The translations under genes were made by a program, and so were the position numbers. The notes beneath the pieces are model-generated. The model was not told where the DNA came from and searched no databases. It saw only the letters and a list, made by a program, of their open reading frames with translations. DNA of 63,924 bases, filler included, from Octopus bimaculoides (Eukaryota), in the NCBI RefSeq assembly GCF_001194135.2. It is 7 parts of 5 records of this genome, joined end to end, with 100 filler letters (N's around TTAATTAATTAA, not from the genome) between each part and the next. Parts side by side here need not be neighbours in the genome. Positions count along the whole stretch, not along the records: positions 60,962 to 63,924 come from NC_069005.1; 6 more parts are not named here. One strand, given 5' to 3'. Shown one piece after another: positions 61,784 to 63,924 of the stretch (positions within the stretch are counted from its first letter, which is position 1; the number at the start of each line of letters is the position of its first letter).

Positions 61784-63893
61784 ATATATATATATAAATA
61801 TATATAGATAAATATATATATNNNNNNNNNNNNNNNNNNNNNNNNNNNNNNNNNNNNNNNNNNNNNNNNNNNNNNNNNNNNNNNNNNNNNNNNNNNNNNN
61901 NNNNNNNNNNNNNNNNNNNNNNNNNNNNNNNNNNNNNNNNNNNNNNNNNNNNNNNNNNNNNNNNNNNNNNNNNNNNNNNNNNNNNNNNNNNNNNNNNNNN
62001 NNNNNNNNNNNNNNNNNNNNNNNNNNNNNNNNNNNNNNNNNNNNNNNNNNNNNNNNNNNNNNNNNNNNNNNNNNNNNNNNNNNNNNNNNNNNNNNNNNNN
62101 NNNNNNNNNNNNNNNNNNNNNNNNNNNNNNNNNNNNNNNNNNNNNNNNNNNNNNNNNNNNNNNNNNNNNNNNNNNNNNNNNNNNNNNNNNNNNNNNNNNN
62201 NNNNNNNNNNNNNNNNNNNNNNNNNNNNNNNNNNNNNNNNNNNNNNNNNNNNNNNNNNNNNNNNNNNNNNNNNNNNNNNNNNNNNNNNNNNNNNNNNNNN
62301 NNNNNNNNNNNNNNNNNNNNNNNNNNNNNNNNNNNNNNNNNNNNNNNNNNNNNNNNNNNNNNNNNNNNNNNNNNNNNNNNNNNNNNNNNNNNNNNNNNNN
62401 NNNNNNNNNNNNNNNNNNNNNNNNNNNNNNNNNNNNNNNNNNNNNNNNNNNNNNNNNNNNNNNNNNNNNNNNNNNNNNNNNNNNNNNNNNNNNNNNNNNN
62501 NNNNNNNNNNNNNNNNNNNNNNNNNNNNNNNNNNNNNNNNNNNNNNNNNNNNNNNNNNNNNNNNNNNNNNNNNNNNNNNNNNNNNNNNNNNNNNNNNNNN
62601 NNNNNNNNNNNNNNNNNNNNNNNNNNNNNNNNNNNNNNNNNNNNNNNNNNNNNNNNNNNNNNNNNNNNNNNNNNNNNNNNNNNNNNNNNNNNNNNNNNNN
62701 NNNNNNNNNNNNNNNNNNNNNNNNNNNNNNNNNNNNNNNNNNNNNNNNNNNNNNNNNNNNNNNNNNNNNNNNNNNNNNNNNNNNNNNNNNNNNNNNNNNN
62801 TATATATATATATATACAAGATGGCCCAAAGTAGGTTTACAGTTATTCAACTATCCCATTTGCATTCATATTATTAATGTTTAGATCTTAATTATAAAAA
62901 AAATATGAAACCATTATTCTATGCTAATTTAGTTAAATTTGTCAAGCTTCTTTTTCAGTTTGTAAGATAGAAATTTAAATGAAATAAACTGTTTTAAAAG
63001 AAATTTAAAGTGCGTACGTGATAACAGTAAACTTTACTTTTGGCCCACCCTGTATATGCACACCAACATACTTTTTAATCTTTTATCTTTTACTTGTTTC
63101 AATAATCAGACCACACCTATGCTTAATGCATATATTATATACATTGCAAAGTTACTTGGTGACCCCACCAGTGCAGGTGCCACTTAAAAAGTACCCAGTC
63201 CACACTGTGAAGTGATTGGCATTTGGAAGGGCATCTAGCTGTAAAAACTATGCCAAAACAGACACAGAAGCATGGTGCAGGCTCCTGCCTGGCCAGCTCC
63301 TGTGAAACTGTCCAACCCATGCCAGCATGGAAGGGGGACGTTAAACAATGATGATGATGATGATGTATATATGTATACACACAGTATACATACACACACA
63401 TGCATGTGTATGCACACACACACACACACACAATCCAAATAATAAGACAAAAACATTCTTTAAACAGCTTTTATGATTCCTTACAATTGTTTCTGTACCA
63501 ACTCTGCTTGCGATGCCAGTTTATTCAACCATTCAAAGTAAAAATTTATAGAATGTTTGTGGTTTTAGACAATACAGTGGCACTTCATCAGATTTGCATC
63601 AAAGGTGCATCCTTACATTGTGCAACTTCCAGACATTGTCTTTTGGTTTATATCGGGAAGAAGCAAAAAACCAAATAAAGCAGTTAGCGAGTGAATAATT
63701 AGTACAGAGATCATGTGGGAAGGATGAAGAGGAAGAAAAAGAAGAAAAAGAATGTGAGACCAGAATTTTCGACTCTTGAAGAATTTTGGTATTGGTCTGG
63801 AATTCCAACAGTGTTGATAGCCCAGAACTTGGGTTGAGTGCTTCTCTGGAAATACCCTACTTTTATACCCTACAAGGACTTAAGATACACACA

Positions 63894-63924
<31 letters not shown>

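Noticed and set aside
63400-63830. Candidate next GC exon downstream (non-repetitive, mixed-composition sequence)
   Set aside because: No phase-1 acceptor gives the expected I-I-x-x-V...PFRP continuation in any frame checked.

Overview
Repeat-dense eukaryotic genomic DNA with about 9 kb of N gaps and abundant (TA)n/(CA)n/(GAT)n/(GGT)n microsatellites. The tRNA-derived SINE families suggest an octopus/coleoid cephalopod; this is inferred from repeat recognition only. The only supportable host gene is five in-frame, GT-AG-bounded, phase-compatible exons on + (42710-42821, 45651-45917, 46985-47056, 48480-48651, 49688-49837). They encode the juxtamembrane segment and kinase-homology domain of a receptor-type guanylyl cyclase; its extracellular, TM and cyclase exons are not visible. 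The rest is transposon-derived: a near full-length decayed RTE LINE, two mariner transposase remnants (one folded into a 233-bp-arm hairpin), a hAT Charlie/Buster transposase pseudogene, Penelope-like GIY-YIG and terminal-repeat fragments, RLE-type LINE tails, several MITEs and many SINEs. The most notable observation is three separate repeat elements between 50.2 and 59.2 kb that each fold into a type I hammerhead-ribozyme topology. One has a fully canonical CUGAUGA/GAAA/GUA core (minus strand, 58906-58967). Six N44-TTAATTAATTAA-N44 blocks are artificial scaffold linkers, so adjacency across them is not guaranteed.
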